DNA of 62,880 nucleotides, filler included, from Dugesia japonica (GCA_001938525.1; 6 parts of 6 records of this genome joined end to end with filler, not necessarily neighbours in it), one strand, 5' to 3'; positions 1 to 14,612 are shown, counted from the whole stretch's first letter. Notes: generated by a model from the sequence alone, not told the origin. Numbers and translations: made by a program.

Positions 1-35
1 GGGGGGGTTATCCAGTGCGCCACTATCTACCTACT
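1..35 (-). mobile_element. Probable Polinton/Maverick terminus
   Basis: GGGGGGGTT...CACTATCTACCTACT resembles 27966-27995 and 34295-34310, which lie next to Polinton genes. Confidence 0.5.
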
Positions 36-456
36 GATGTAGTTTTGTTTTGTGAAAATTTTTTTTATGAAAACGAGTTTTGACATTAGTTATCTGATGA
101 GTACTTTAAACTCATCTAACATATAAAACAATAAATTTTTATTTTAAATGGCGTTATTTATTTTTATCAAACATATATATGTATATTATTATGTATAAAT
201 TATTATTACATTTTTAAATACAATCAAAAATTTATTACTACTCATGTACACTTGAAGTGACAACATCAAACTGGACAATCAAAATACAATAATTAATCCC
301 TCAACAAAATGAAAGCACTTTATACTGTAGTTAATTTCAGTATAAATATTTTAGTAATATACAGACAACAATGTAAGGAATTTACAAAACAATCCATCAC
401 ACAAAACATTGTGAACATTAATCAAGACAACAAAATATTATTGAAAGAAATCAAGG

Positions 457-1361
457 TCAAATTTCATTTATAATTTCCTCTTTAATTAACATTTTTTGCA
501 CAATTATTCTGTAAGTTAATAGAATATGANNNNNNNNNNNNNNNNNNNNNNNNNNNNNNNNNNNNNNNNNNNNNNNNNNNNNNNNNNNNNNNNNNNNNNN
601 NNNNNNNNNNNNNNNNNNNNNNNNNNNNNNTACTGATACAGGTTCAACAACAACTGAATGTGAATGTTTGCTATGAAACTGTCGTTTATTTCCAATATCA
701 TTTTGCGAAACCATCAAATAAATTGAAGATGATGAAATAGAATCTGATAAAGGATTTAAATAATCTAAAGATTGATTGAGATTTTCTGTCATCATATTCG
801 AGTATGATTGATTAGAGTAAGAACACACAGGGGAATATTGATTACCAGGCACATTGAGACTGATATCACAAGTAGTTGATAAACTATCACATGACTTTGG
901 ATATTCATAAGAATTANNNNNNNNNNNNNNNNNNNNNNNNNNNNNNNNNNNNNNNNNNNNNNNNNNNNNNNNNNNNNNNNNNNNNNNNNNNNNNNNNNNN
1001 NNNNNNNNNNNNNNNNNNNNNNNNNNNNNNNNNNNNNNNNNNNNNNNNNNNNNNNNNNNNNNNNNNNNNNNNNNNNNNNNNNNNNNNNNAGTTGGTGGAA
1101 AATAATTATTCGAATCATCTAATAACGTATTTATTGGAACATTTACAGTTGATATTGGTTCGAGATTATTATTGGTTGAAGAATTAAAATAGAGAAATGA
1201 ATCGTCAGTAGTTGCAATTGAAGAATGATCGATAATGTCAATATCGCCTCGATTATTACATATTGAATTGTAATAGTTTGCCTGATTGATATTAGGTAAT
1301 TTATTTGCATGATGATATAAATCAGAATACTTTTCCAACAAAAGATCTGATCTAAGTCCAC
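457..1361 (-). CDS. Probable terminal exon encoding a Ser/Asn-rich low-complexity protein region (unknown product)
   Basis: 294-codon ORF with two N gaps. Candidate acceptor (aatttcag) near 1362 and candidate upstream donor near 1458. No recognisable domain. Confidence 0.45.
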
Positions 1362-1969
1362 TGAAATTAATGAAGTTTTAAACATCACTAATAATTAATA
1401 AAATCTAATTATTATATTTTTACTAAATGTAAATATGTATTTTAAAATGTACAAAATACCTCACTACAATTGAACATACGTATAATCACGGTACTCGGAC
1501 TATACAAATAATATAACTGTAAGAAGGTTGTGAGTTTACAACGATCAGTCATAAATTCTTGAAAAGAATCGTTTATCAAATTCTGTATATTAATGTACTT
1601 CATAAAATTTTGTANCATTTATTTGGATCACAACACGTGATTTCTTTGTGCAAAAATTTAAACTAGTTTAAGCTTGACAACAGAAAAAGTAAACTTTCTG
1701 TTATATGCTCATATTATTTGAGATAATGATATTTGAATTGTTTAATTTCAAACTTATATGCTTTATTAAAATATTTATAAATNNNNNNNNNNNNNNNNNN
1801 NNNNNNNNNNNNNNNNNNNNNNNNNNNNNNNNTTTTTGAAATTTAAAATATGTGGAGAAAATATTTAAATTATTGCGCATATTTGTTTAAATATTAAAAT
1901 TTTTCTTATTTAACTTTTTTCAATTCGGACAAACATTGTGTTAAATGAATGATGGATAATGATGTCTTT

Positions 1970-4480
1970 CTTGCTAATATGGCAACCACGCCAGGCCCAA
2001 ACTTAGAAACAGATTTTTACGCTCGAGACTATTCAAGTTAGGCAACAATCTAGACAGATTTTTAAGTGTCGTCAGTCGATTCTTCAAAGCGGCCAAAATG
2101 CCTAAAGATTTACAAGAAATTGTAATCGGCAAGTTGATTGACTCAAAACTAGAAGAAATATACGAAGCATCAAAGAATAAAGTCAAGGGGTATGAAGCTA
2201 GGCTACGGATACTGGTTGAACGACCAAGAGACGTTTTTGAAGACCAAGATGAATTCATTCGATACAGATAGAGTTACACCGATAATAAGGTATTCTTCCA
2301 CGACGTCGAAAAATTGTCAGATAAACTGCTTAGCCATAATTTGTCAAAGGAGTCGTTAATAGCAGCACTTTTGATAAATGCAACGGCACAGAAGTAGGCA
2401 AAGAAAGAAATTTATGATGAAAATAGTTTCCGAACCGGAAGAAATTATCAAAGACGCTTCAAAAATCGCCGAAAAGAGATTGTTAATGCTGGAATTCTAA
2501 AATGTACTAAACAGTTGCAATCCTTTCTTGGAATGGCAAACTATTACAGGAAATTATTAAAGAATTTTTCGCAACTTGCTTTATTTTTATATGCTGCTAC
2601 CAATGGTAAAAAGTACGAGATAATGTGGACAAAAAAATGTAAGACGAGTTTCGGGAAAATCAAAGAAACCCTTTGTAACTCTCCAGTATTAGAGTCTCCT
2701 AATTCAGAAGGTTGATTCATTCTGGATACTGATGCCAGTTTTTCGGGAATTGATGCTGTACTGAGATAACCACAAAACGGTATGGAAGTTGTTATAGCAT
2801 ATGGATCAATGTTGTTGAAAGCACATGAAAAAGGATATTGCGTCACTAGGAAGGAGTTTTTGGCTCTTTATGAATTTATTCTACATTTTCAGCNNNNNNN
2901 NNNNNNNNNNNNNNNNNNNNNNNNNNNNNNNNNNNNNNNNNNNNNNNNNNNNNNNNNNNNNNNNNNNNNNNNNNNNNNNNNNNNNNACTTAGATGAATGA
3001 ATAATCAAAATATTATTTGTATTGAAGTATAGGAAAGTGGAAAATCATTCCCATGCAGATGGTATGTCAAGACTGACGTCCAATTTATTGTTCACAATGT
3101 CAGAGTGAACATGAAAATGCTCAGTCTAAATCTTCTAAGGTAAAATATTTAAATGTTATGAACGTTTTCAGAAATGATTCATAGAATTACATAAAAGAAT
3201 TTAAAAAAGATGAATTATTTAAGGAAATCAAAATTCATTTGATGGATAAATCTGTTAAGTTATCAGAAACAGTAAAATCCTTCCAGTATTTTAAATATTT
3301 AAATAGGTTTTCAATTAAAGACGATATAATGGTAATTGAGTCTGATGGTAACCAAAAGATTGTGGTTCCGAAAAGATGTGTAACTAATTTTGTGAACGAA
3401 ATTCATTAAGACTTATGCCATGTTGAAATAAAGAAAACAACAAAATACAAATCTGATTATTTCTTCTGACCGAATATGATTACGGATATTCAGAATGCTA
3501 TCAGAGAATTACATTTTTTTATGGACAGGAAGGTTAGTGGTGAGAAAGTTAAGGAAAACTTTATACCAAGATACACATTTAATCCGATGGAACAAATTGT
3601 AATTGATGTTTTATATATANATAACAGTAAACTCTACAAAAAATATATGATAGTCAAAATTAATCAGTTCAGCAAGTTAGTCAGTCTTTATGCAACTAAA
3701 AATCAAAACGAAAAGATGATCAAAACTGAATTGTTAAATAACTGGATTTACAAATATAGAAAACCTAAACGTATTGTTTCTGATCGAGGAAGAGTGTTTG
3801 TAAAAAAGGTAGATAATTACACCTCCTCTTAAGTATAAGTCAAATAGTTTAACAGAACACGTAATTAGAACTGTCAGAGATATGATAGTAACATCCTTCA
3901 AATCTGGAGAAGAGGAGAAGTTTTATAATTACAATTATTGCAAAAATAATTGTAGGACGTAATCATTGATCGTTTTTGAGAATTCATTTAAAATAATAGC
4001 TTTGCTCAAAATTGGTTTTTCTGGTTTTTAATAATAATTCTATATTTTGAATTTTCTTTGTCAAGAATTAACTTTTTTGAGGAGAAGTGTTAAGATAAAA
4101 TTTTCCAAAAGTTGAGTTTTCATTCAATTGCACGATATCAAAGACGACAGAATTCTCTCCGATGGAAGATATCTATGGAAAGAAAATTAATATTCATTTA
4201 ACGAAAGAATTCAAGAGTAACCATAAAGAAGCTTTGGAAAAGGCCAATAGTAACTTAAACAAAGCTTCAAAAAAAATGATGAATCAAAAAGGAAACCGAG
4301 TTGAAAGAAAATTTAAAGTAGAAGATAAAGTTCTGGTAAAGAGAGATCCGGCAAAACAAAATCTATATGATAAGCATTTCGAAATTATGGACTTTTTGTC
4401 ACCTCATCAAGCAAAATTTCAGAATTCAGAAGGTTCAAAATACAGGCATATAGAGTGACTGAAAAGGTGTTAAAAATCTA
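1970..4480 (+). mobile_element. Degenerate Ty3/Gypsy LTR retrotransposon (gag fragment, RT connection/RNase H, integrase)
   Basis: LQSFLGMANYYRK, FILDTDASFSGI, VIAYGS..L..HEKGYCVTRKEFLAL, HADGMSR, integrase PKRIVSDRGRVF and a C-terminal FKVEDKVLVK region; many stops and frameshifts. Confidence 0.9.
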
Positions 4481-4589
4481 GAAGATACGAAGAAGTTGGA
4501 AATTTTTGTGACCTTCAAGTTTTTTTTAAATATTAAACGTGTAAATAATAAATATATTTTTGAAATTCAAGATGTCCATTATTACTGAT

Positions 4590-4780
4590 GGAACTATATA
4601 CTAGATATGGATTTTGTGTTTCAATGATTAATAAAAATCAAGAGAAGCTTATGAATAAATTTTTAAAGAAAATAATAGAATTTCAAATTATATTTGGTTT
4701 GATAAATAAAGCAATAAAGTCAAAATATTTCATAAATTTTTAAATGAAAATAATATAAAATACTATCATACAGAAAATGA

Positions 4781-4786
<6 letters not shown>
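4590..4786 (+). mobile_element. Polinton/Maverick retroviral-like integrase fragment
   Basis: Translates TRYGFCVSMINK... and KFLNENNIKYYHTENED, matching the Polinton integrase pattern (FL..nnI..Y.T.nE); ends at a (TA)n run. Confidence 0.65.
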
Positions 4787-4816
<30 letters not shown>

Positions 4817-4829
4817 CATTAAATATAAC

Positions 4830-5640
4830 AAGGTCTGTGGAACGTCTATATTTTTATTGAATAGGCTATGTTTGATTCAGAGCCATCCTTTAATATTACT
4901 TTAATTATATTTTTGATTTCAATAATCTTTCGAAGAGTTCTTATGATTGTGGTTGTAATTGAATCAAGTCATCCTGTGATTCATGTACCTAATTTACGTT
5001 AAATCTGGCTTCGCTAGTTTTACCTTATTTTTATGTAGATCATATTTTTATAGTTTTTTTGTTAGTCTCTTCAAAATAATTTTCGGAGTAAATTAGGCAT
5101 TTTACATCAATTAAATATATCTTTTTATCAGTATTAGTTATTGCAATATCCAATCTTTTTTGAGTCTGAAACATATTTCCTTAGTCTATTGACCTTTACA
5201 ATAGCATTTAAGATTTTAAGTTTGCTTACGATAATGTCAAGGCAAGTATTATGTCTTTCAGTTGCTATTGGCTGATTCATTTCGCATTTTTGAAAAACAT
5301 GTGATTGAGTTTCATTTTGAGAAAAACAGTGCCGACAGTTTTGACTTTCATAAAATTATCTACCTAGTATTAATATATCATAAATGAATTATTTAGAAGA
5401 AAACTCTAGTTCTTTGCATTTTACCGGACATGATATCAAAGGGAAAATACATCATTATTAAGGTATATAATATTACCTTCTTAAATTATTAACAATAATA
5501 GCCAAGTCTGTTTTATACCACCCAGTTAAGTGAACCATAAAATCCGGCCATTCAGGACAAAGTGACATAGAAATTCTTGTGGAAATAACAATAGCACTAG
5601 CTACTTTTGATGCTTTATAATTGCGAAATTCGTCATCTAA
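4830..5640 (-). mobile_element. 3' remnant of an RLE-type (R2/NeSL/R4-like) non-LTR retrotransposon
   Basis: CRHC..NETQSHVFQKC zinc knuckle, RHN, KRLDI (from RPDI) and IYLIDVKC restriction-like endonuclease motifs. Confidence 0.75.
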
Positions 5641-6549
5641 AACAGCAAATGTAATAATTTATAGAATATGTATATAAATATATCTATATTAACATAATAA
5701 TTTATATTCTTAGAAATATTAAAATGTTATGAGCAGTAAAACTGCTTTTGAACAAATGCTGAAACAATTGTATCNNNNNNNNNNNNNNNNNNNNNNNNNN
5801 NNNNNNNNNNNNNNNNNNNNNNNNNNNNNNNNNNNNNNNNNNNNNNNNNNTAATAACTCATAGAAGACGTAGTTTCTACATGAATTTGATTAAAAATATT
5901 ACATAAAATTTTATTTAACAAAATATTCAGTAACTTTAATTTGCTTCATTTATGAAAACTATTTACTTTCCAAAAATAATAGATATTGATTCATAGCACA
6001 ATGAATACATGAAGTCATTGAATGTTGTCTAAGATAGTTCTAAAGAGCACGAGTAGCCAAAGGCTCATCCTTTAGATGATATTATCATAAATTTTAATCT
6101 CACCAACGAGGGTAAGATTTATACTAAAATACACCTTTGTTTGAATAAAAATGAAAAAGAAAGCCGGATTATACACAATCTCGAAATCAACCACAGCATT
6201 CTCAATACATTCCAGATTGCTATTCACATCTGAAATTTCTAAAAAAAATTGCTAAGCTAGCACAGTTCTTTACTGTTTTAGTAGTTACAAAATAATCTGT
6301 TTTCTACTGATGGTATTAGATATGTCTCTTGCTCTTCAAACAAAANNNNNNNNNNNNNNNNNNNNNNNNNNNNNNNNNNNNNNATTTACATGAAATTTTT
6401 TGGTTGAAATAAATTAGAATTTCTTCAAAATCTTGTCGTTGAATTTTGTATTATTTCATGAATTTCTTAATGTATTTTTAAATGTTTTAAAAATGAAATA
6501 TGTTGAAATGTAAACATTCATAATTTCAAAAAGAAGTCTCATTTCAATG

Positions 6550-8032
6550 AAAAAATATCTTGTCGGAGTTTTAGTATGTTTTTCAAAGTCATCTATTTAT
6601 ACAAAAAACAAAGATCAATCGATAAAATACTGCCTCTTTTGTTTGGTAATCTTTTGGTATCCTTAGGTGAGCTTCATAATTTCTTGTTAATAGAAGAACC
6701 TGTCTTTATCTGTGAAAAATTGAATGTGCTGTTTAACGGCTTAATAAAAATTGAAGGTTTTACTACGTAGGGAACTTTGTAGAACACAAAATAAATGGGA
6801 ATCTGGGAGTGAGTAATGTGGGTGTAGCAACACATCCCATTCAAGTTCCATACAGCTTTGACAGGTGATCAAACTTGTAAGTGGTAATGTAAAAGTGGTA
6901 TGTAAATTGATGAAACATAACCACTTCACAAATAAATAGCTCTGAACATTTTAGGATGATTAATCGATTCAATCTATCCAAATATCAAACATACATATTT
7001 AAACTGATTGCTTCGTTTTTTGGTAGGAGCTCAAAAAATAACATTATTAAAATTCCAATTAACTGAGAGAATAACTTTGTTCTAGTAAATGTCTGCTTTT
7101 AATGTTGTTTGAAGTTAAACATTACGCATGGACCAAGACCAACCGCACTGCATATTTTGTAAAAAATCCATTCTTCATCATTAGTATTAATATTTTAAAA
7201 ATGGACAGTTATTCTCGCGTTTAAATAAACTTATTTGATATCAGGAAGAACCCAAGCGCTGAACTTGCTTATGTATGCCATACTCTTCAACAACAAATAT
7301 TCAATTCCCTTATAATCCCATCATCTTGACAACATAACCTTTTTCTTGTGAGTTTCAGCCTTCGGTGTTGTTTGAGGTTGCTAACCGTGGTTGGCTAGCT
7401 TTTAATTTTTTTGCGTTTAATATAATTGTATACAATTAAATTTTCAGCACCAGTTATGAGTTTCTTAAAAAATGAATTAGTCTGATTCTCCTTAAATGCA
7501 TGTTGTAAATGTTGATTCTTTTTATTAAATAAATATTTTCAATTCATTTGGAATCCAAAGTTTACCTTCTTTACGTATCCAAGCTTTTTTAATTTGTCAC
7601 TAACACATTTTATCGATAATTTTAACTGCCCTACTATTTCACGAACCATTGCGAGTATTTCAACTTCAATGATAACCTTCACTTGGTCTTTAGAAGTTTT
7701 CAATCGACTACCACAGTGGTAAATTTCCAAAATTAAATTTTTTATGAAATTTGGCCAGTAAATTCCATTACTACTTCAGAACCACACATCACATATTTTT
7801 GTATGAGCATTTGCAATTAATTTGCTTTTCTTTAAATAGAAAAAGTAAAATATGTCTAAAATGTACTTTTTTGAAAACGACGACAAAAAAGCCAAATTAG
7901 CTAATACATTTAAATAAAAATAGCAATAATTATTAGTGTTAAAAATAAACAAGTATTTCAGATTAATTACTTTCTCAAATATTTCAAAGATTATTGAAGC
8001 CATGTGTCGGTAAAAACCGAATGACAACCTAA
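6550..8032 (-). mobile_element. Degenerate mariner element (DD34D type), probably with a nested second fragment
   Basis: TA-TTAGGTTG 5' TIR at ~8034-8025; LKKLGYVKK, LITGAE (from ITGDE), WDVLLHPHYS.PDSHLF. Confidence 0.8.
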
Positions 8033-8879
8033 TAAATTTCTCAAATTATTTCAGAAAACTTTAAGGAAACAAACTATATGGCGTTTTTTAAAATTTTATT
8101 TAAATCCCATATTTTAGTGAATTAAATGCTTAATTTAATTAAAAACTGATAACTAAATTAATAGTTAAAAAGATTAGTTTTTCATGTAATTTAGCAATTG
8201 AAAGTTTCAAAGCATGCCATACTTTAATGTGTATCACATTCAATTGAACCCGTTTAGTATCAAATGTTATCCTTGAAACCTGCTTAATTTTATTCAACAC
8301 AATATCATAACTTACCTAACATCAAGCCTCTTTTTAGTCAGAGTTGGATATTTAAAAAATTTATATATTTCTTTAAATATTAGGTTTTAAGTGCCATATT
8401 TATATTTGAACTTATTAAATAGATTTTAATGGAATTTAAGACTTTTGATTTAACTAACAATCCAACCAAATTAACTAAATCACTCGAAATTAGAAAACCA
8501 AAACAAATAGGATCTATGAAGCTTTGCCCAAGAGTCTAGGGAATTACTAACCTCTTAAATTACGAAATTTCCTGTAAAATATCACAAAAATCCAGCAAAA
8601 TGGTTAAGTGATATTGAAATCTTTGCAGAATCAAAATGTTTTGATTTATTATCAACTTTTGATTTTCTATTAGACGATAATGCAAAAGACCTGNNNNNNN
8701 NNNNNNNNNNNNNNNNNNNNNNNNNNNNNNNNNNNNNNNNNNNGCAGAATGTCAGCTATAAAACAGCTAGTGAATTGTTTAAATGAAAATTTAAAAAAAA
8801 GGTCCTATTTCCTAATCATTGAAGAATGTAGTGGAATTCGACATAAAGTAAATGAACGTTTTAAAACTTCGAAATACTA

Positions 8880-10888
8880 GTTTTATGACCAGTTAAAGAC
8901 ATATTTGAATCAGGATTGACTGTGGAGTAAATTGCTTAGCAAATAATCAAGATAAGATTTAGTTACGAAAAGCTTAAAATATCATTTGGTTTTAAACCAG
9001 AAATTAAGCCGGATGAAATGCGCAAAGTTGATGAAAACTTTGAGAAGAACAATGAAAATTTAGTGGGTTACATAAAATAAATTGACTAATTTACAATTGA
9101 CAGTTGCAAGATACAAATTAAGAATTAAGAAAATTGATTTTAAAAGTTCTAACTATTATAACCTCAAGGATAAAGAAATAGATTAAGCAGTTCTAATTGC
9201 CAAAGAATTAATGATTCCAAGAATTGCAAAGGTCATTTTAAAAATATGCCCACAGTTTCCATGAAGTTTAATGCAACAAAATTGTACAATAAATCAAAAG
9301 TACTTTTTCCACCAGAAGAAGAATCAAAAAGGCTCATATCTTTGTTGCGGTCTGATGGGTCACATAAGCAATAACTGCCATCTTAAATCGTTTTGGCTAA
9401 TTTGTGGTAAAATGTGTAACAGTTTTAGAAACTATTGATTACTCGAAATTAATATATATCACAAAAATAATTGATTGAAATGTATTTTAGAAGATAACAA
9501 TGTGAAGAAAAGAAATGAAGATTTAAAGATGATCAGTCATGATGTTAGCTATTTAAACGAAAAGGACTCCATTGTTTAAATTTCGTCTGTGGATTCAATA
9601 CAATAAAAATTAAAAATCGTAATTGTGATATGTATAAGAACGAGGGAAGAATTTGGAGTATGGACAGAGTAAGAAGTAAAATGGTAAAAATGTTGTGGAA
9701 TACAAGTGCATCAATATCAGTGATGTATACAAAAATATATGGAAAGTGTGGATCTTTTCTCTTGGATAAATACTATATTAAATTAAGCGGTGCATTTTTC
9801 AAAAGAAGCAGTGAATTGTTCAAGAATTGAAAAAAGTCGAAATAGAATTCGGAAATGTGAACAGAATTCTTTACATAGTGATTGATGGTGAAATAAATCG
9901 AGAATTTATTAGTTGAATAGATATGGTTAATGCGTTTAATATTCAATAAAAATCCTTAACTCAGAGAAAATTGAGAGAAAAGTCACTGATAATGATAATG
10001 GAAAATACTTTTGATCTTACAAAAACACTTGTTGTAAAACATTTCATTCCAACAGTTGGTGATCCTATTCTACAACAACCTCAATGTTAACCAATACATC
10101 TTGAACAGAAGATTGATTAATTGATTGAGTAACTGATGGAAAGCGATAAATTCAAATAACTCAGAAGTTTTGGAATATTTCAAATGTTAATTGTTGATGA
10201 AACAAATAGTGCCAAAACTTTAGGATGTTGAATGATTCTACAAAGACGTTTTCATTCCCAATGCCAGATTTCTAAACCGTGTTTGATCACCTTTGTGGCT
10301 GTACAATCTTTTCAACTTTTGATGTGGGCAAGCTTATTATCAAGTAGAATTATAAAANNNNNNNNNNNNNNNNNNNNNNNNNNNNNNNNNNAAGGGATAA
10401 TATTGCTACACTCTTATGCCATTTAGGTTATAAACTGCTCCAGTTACATTTCAGAAATTGGTGCATACAATTTGTGATGGGATTTTGTTTAAAGGTGTAG
10501 TTGTATATATTGACATTTTAATATTTAAAAATGTCATTCAGAACATGATATAATAATTGAAAATGTATTTTAAAGAATTCGAGCTTCTAGTTTCAAAATC
10601 AATTCAAATAAATGTTAACTATTTGGAAGTGAATTGTTACTTTTGGGTTAGCATAGACGGNNNNNNNNNNNNNNNNNNNNNNNNNNNNNNNNNNNCAAAA
10701 GCAGAAATACCGAAATGCAATAAGCAATTACATTTCTTATTAGCTATAGCAAACTATTATATGAAGTTTGTAAAAAATATTTTGTTATTTGTAAAACTAT
10801 TATATGCTGCAACGGAGGACCACAAAAGAGAAATTCAATAGACTGAAGAGTGCAAAACAAGCATTATGCACTGCGACAATATAAGGGT
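8880..10888 (+). mobile_element. Highly degenerate Ty3/Gypsy remnant (gag CCHC, protease, RT)
   Basis: CGLMGHISNNC knuckle at ~9345, LWNTSASISV (DTGA-derived), YIDILIF, FLLAIANYYMKFVKN. Confidence 0.75.
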
Positions 10889-10988
10889 NNNNNNNNNNNN
10901 NNNNNNNNNNNNNNNNNNNNNNNNNNNNNNNNTTAATTAATTAANNNNNNNNNNNNNNNNNNNNNNNNNNNNNNNNNNNNNNNNNNNN
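10889..10988. other. Artificial contig spacer (N44-TTAATTAATTAA-N44)
   Basis: Exact 100-bp structure with a six-frame stop linker, repeated five times in the window. Confidence 0.97.
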
Positions 10989-11037
10989 GGTGGGGTACTG
11001 CATGTGTGCTGTTCTTTACTTCTACTATCTATCTACT
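10989..11037 (-). mobile_element. Probable Polinton/Maverick terminus
   Basis: CTACTATCTATCTACT at 11022-11037. Confidence 0.5.
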
Positions 11038-12499
11038 TTTTTCCAATGCTTGTTTTCTATCTTTGCTTAAAGTAACATTACCATGAACCATATTTACATT
11101 AATCTCGAGTAAATCATCTTTAAAAAAATGATGGAAATGAATGTAACATTCTCATTCTCATTGTAGTGAAAGATTTTATCAATGCCGTAAAAACGGAAGA
11201 CTTCTTTCTAAATTCATTATTATTTAAATAAATACACAATGAATTGTTTATCACTTTATTCATTTTCTAGTTAAAAGCTTCTTTTCATACACTTTCGATA
11301 GTATTTTAAGTTAAAATTTCAACCACTTATGTGTAAATAACGAATATCTGTGTACAATTTGTGACTCTATGTTAGTGATTTGTCACCATCTATAGTACAT
11401 TGAGACATTAGTTTGTAATTTTCAAATCAAAATTTTATTTGGATACAGTATTTTTTAAATTCATATAGATTTACGGAAAATGTAACCAAATATAAGTCCA
11501 TAATTAATTTCATTAAAATGTATAGACCCGCGATTAAAATACAGACTAATGTTTATTAAGATTTATTAAATTTCAATTAATTGTCGTAATGTTTTTATGT
11601 TTCATAAAATTATTATTTTTACTTGTTCAATTGTTAGAAATGTTGTTACAAGAAGAAAAGAACGAAGAGAACCTCAATTTTCATATCGGATGGGTACCAC
11701 ATCAAATGTATAAAAAATAGTCGAAGGGTTGGCCATCGTGCTCAAACTAATAATGTCAACCCCACTAGTTAGTACAATAGAAAATATGCTGAAGAAATGT
11801 AATGCAGAAAAACCGTACGATTCGCGGGAAACAGTTCAACAGCAAAAAATATTTAATCTTCAAATAGTATCGGATGCATTACAATCGGTGAAAGGATGCG
11901 ATTTACATCGAGACGGAGAAATTGGAGATTTAAGTAATAATATTAATAATAATAAACAACTATAATGTTATTTTAGTTTGCCGTTTCAATCATCTAACAA
12001 TTGAAGACGATAGTGAATATCAACAATCNCGTTTTTTAATATAAATAAATATTGAAAAAAATTTTTTATCTTTTGAAAATTATAATAATAAAGTTTAATA
12101 AAATTAGTTTAATAAAATATTTTTTTTAAATAATAAAAATTTAAATGAGTTATCAAATTCCATGTTAAAATAATATTCAAAAAAATTATCAAAATTAAAA
12201 AAATTTCATTTTACACAAATTTTTATTTAGATTTCTACTAAATGAAACATCTTTATCTCATTACAAAAATAAGTTTTCAAAAAAGTATAGTAAAAATTAC
12301 TCAAAAAGATGGGAGGACAAAATGAAAGGAACTTTGGAATATTATATCGTCACTATTATTCAAAGGAAATTTTTTTAAAAAGTATGATTAAACTCTACAT
12401 ATTTTACTTAATGTTTTCAGATTTTAAAGTATTCAAAAACTCAAAAAGAATATTTTATTTTTTCAGAAAAAATTCAAAAAAAATAAAAAAGAATTTTTG

Positions 12500-12705
12500 G
12501 TTGACATGGCAACTATCGCCATAGATACGGCTACCTTGGATACACATTACGCCATAAGTTTCACGCACCAGTGCTCTTATTTACCGTGCAAAATCAATAA
12601 ACAATATTTTGTTCGGGTGCCATGGAAACGGTTCCGATCAAGGTCTCGGTACGGTTGCCATGACTACTGTTGTGATCACGGTTCCAATACCATTGCCATG
12701 ACAAC
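12500..12705. promoter_or_regulatory. Cluster of ~6 RFX X-box-like motifs, probably from a Polinton subterminal region
   Basis: GTTGACATGGCAAC 12500, ATCGCCATAGATAC 12515, GCTACCTTGGATAC 12530, GGTGCCATGGAAAC 12616, GTTGCCATGACTAC 12654, ATTGCCATGACAAC 12692; similar to 45057-45116. Confidence 0.55.
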
Positions 12706-13393
12706 GATTTACATTTTTTAGTTATCGCGAGCACTTTATTTCACGTTGTCAGCAAGAATCTAGATTAGAATTAGACCTTCAAAATAATCACGAACATTCT
12801 ATATTTTAACTGAAGAACATAAAATTTCCTGAAACTTCAGATTTTACTTCACAATTAATTAGGTATTAAATTCTGATTATTTAAATAATTAACTCATGAT
12901 AAAGCTCAAATATTTAATATTTTTAACCAAAATTTATACAATTAGGTATATCCATTGCACGTAAATAAAAAATAAAATCCATAATGGTATATGTAAAGAA
13001 AACATAAAATTTAAATAAAAGAATTAATGTTTAATTTTAAGAGGTGGTAACTGAGCCCCCACCTGTATCCTCACTCTTAGAAGGTTAAGGTCGTTACAGA
13101 TGTATTTATAATTAGGAGTTAAAATTGTTTAAAAATACATAGAGAAGTGAAATTTAGTAAGAAAATATCTTTAGAAATTACATTGACATTAACACTGAGC
13201 TAAGGTCAAACAGTAAAACCGCATTGTCGAAGAACTATTACAAACTATTTATTACGAACTATCTATTGCGAACTATTACAAACTAAATAGTCTATATGGG
13301 AAAAGCGTGGAAAATTTAAAGAAAAGAATTAAACTGAGCATCTGTATTTCTGCTAAGAAGATGTCTACTTTCACATCAAAATCAGGATTTAGA

Positions 13394-13465
13394 ACAGTGT
13401 TTCTCAAAACATTTTGGACCACGGACCCCTTTTTGAAGATTTGAAATTTTCATGGACCCCTTAAT
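13394..13465 (+). mobile_element. hAT (Charlie/Buster-like) non-autonomous terminus
   Basis: CAGTGTTTCTCAAA terminus followed by two GGACCCC subterminal motifs. Confidence 0.55.
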
Positions 13466-14354
13466 ATAATTGTAACATTTATTAACCAAAGATACGTATT
13501 CAATATATATTTAATACTTATTTAATACATATTTAATACATATTGTTTAGGATAAAAAAATAAAGGTAAATTTTTTGTTCTTGCAAATATTTTTTAAACA
13601 AATTTCACAATCAAAAACAAAAAGAACCCAATAATTACCATTTGAATTACTTTAGCATTTTCCTTTTAATAAGTGCATTATTTTTTTGAATTTTACCTCA
13701 AAAACATATAAAAGTTTATTTATAACTATAACAACCTACTATTGCCTATCATTTATGCGGTTGCTTTTTTATATCTTTAAAATATCGATTTTTAATTGTT
13801 TCTAAGGTAAATTAAAAGCACGGAAAATAAGAATTTTGTAATAACAACAACATTAATCAAACNAAATCTTATATTTTGTACTTTGAAATTGTCTTTTTCT
13901 TCAATTTTTCTAAATTCTGAACTTAAATTAATTAGTTCATTAGGCGAAAATAAGGAAATCATATTGCATGCATAATTGAAGAAAGAAAAAATTAATTAAA
14001 TGAATTAATTAGTGGAAGAAGACAACGAAGTTAAATAAATTTTAGATCAGAAGAGAAAAATGAACATCAAATTAATATTTAAGAAGAAAATAAAATAAAT
14101 AATTTATTTATTTAAATAAAATAAATCATGAGTTAAAATGATTTATTTTAAAGAAGAAAATTCAATTTTTTACAAAAGTTTGAAAAATGAAGGTTTCCTA
14201 TCGCATTAAAATTAGCAATTAAAATTATTACGATCAAGAAAATATCGGGAATTTCGAAAATCCAAGTTAAAAACTATAGTAAGACTAAGAAAGAAGTTAC
14301 AAGGGTCTGAAGATTGACCAAAGGAACTCTAATAATTTTGGAATTCGAACAAGT

Positions 14355-14612
14355 GATTACCACCTTTCTTACTCAATGCAACATGGCCTTTATGAACAGC
14401 ATTTCAACAATCATAATGATGCCCAGAAATTCCAAGGAANAAAAATGATTTTATCGTGGAATTCATTTGTTGCTATTAAGGTGGAAAAATGTTGTTAGCA
14501 ATGATGGACACTACTTTGAATGAGAGGTTTGTAAAAATAAATGTATTTGGAGTTTTTTTTTACATTTCTTCTTATTATTAAAAAACAGCGGGAATTAATG
14601 CAACTACCCAAT
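14355..14612 (+). mobile_element. mariner 3' remnant
   Basis: DYHLSYSMQH...FYRGIHLL..RWKNVVSNDGHYFE* followed by a TIR-like end (...ACCCAATA). Confidence 0.8.
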
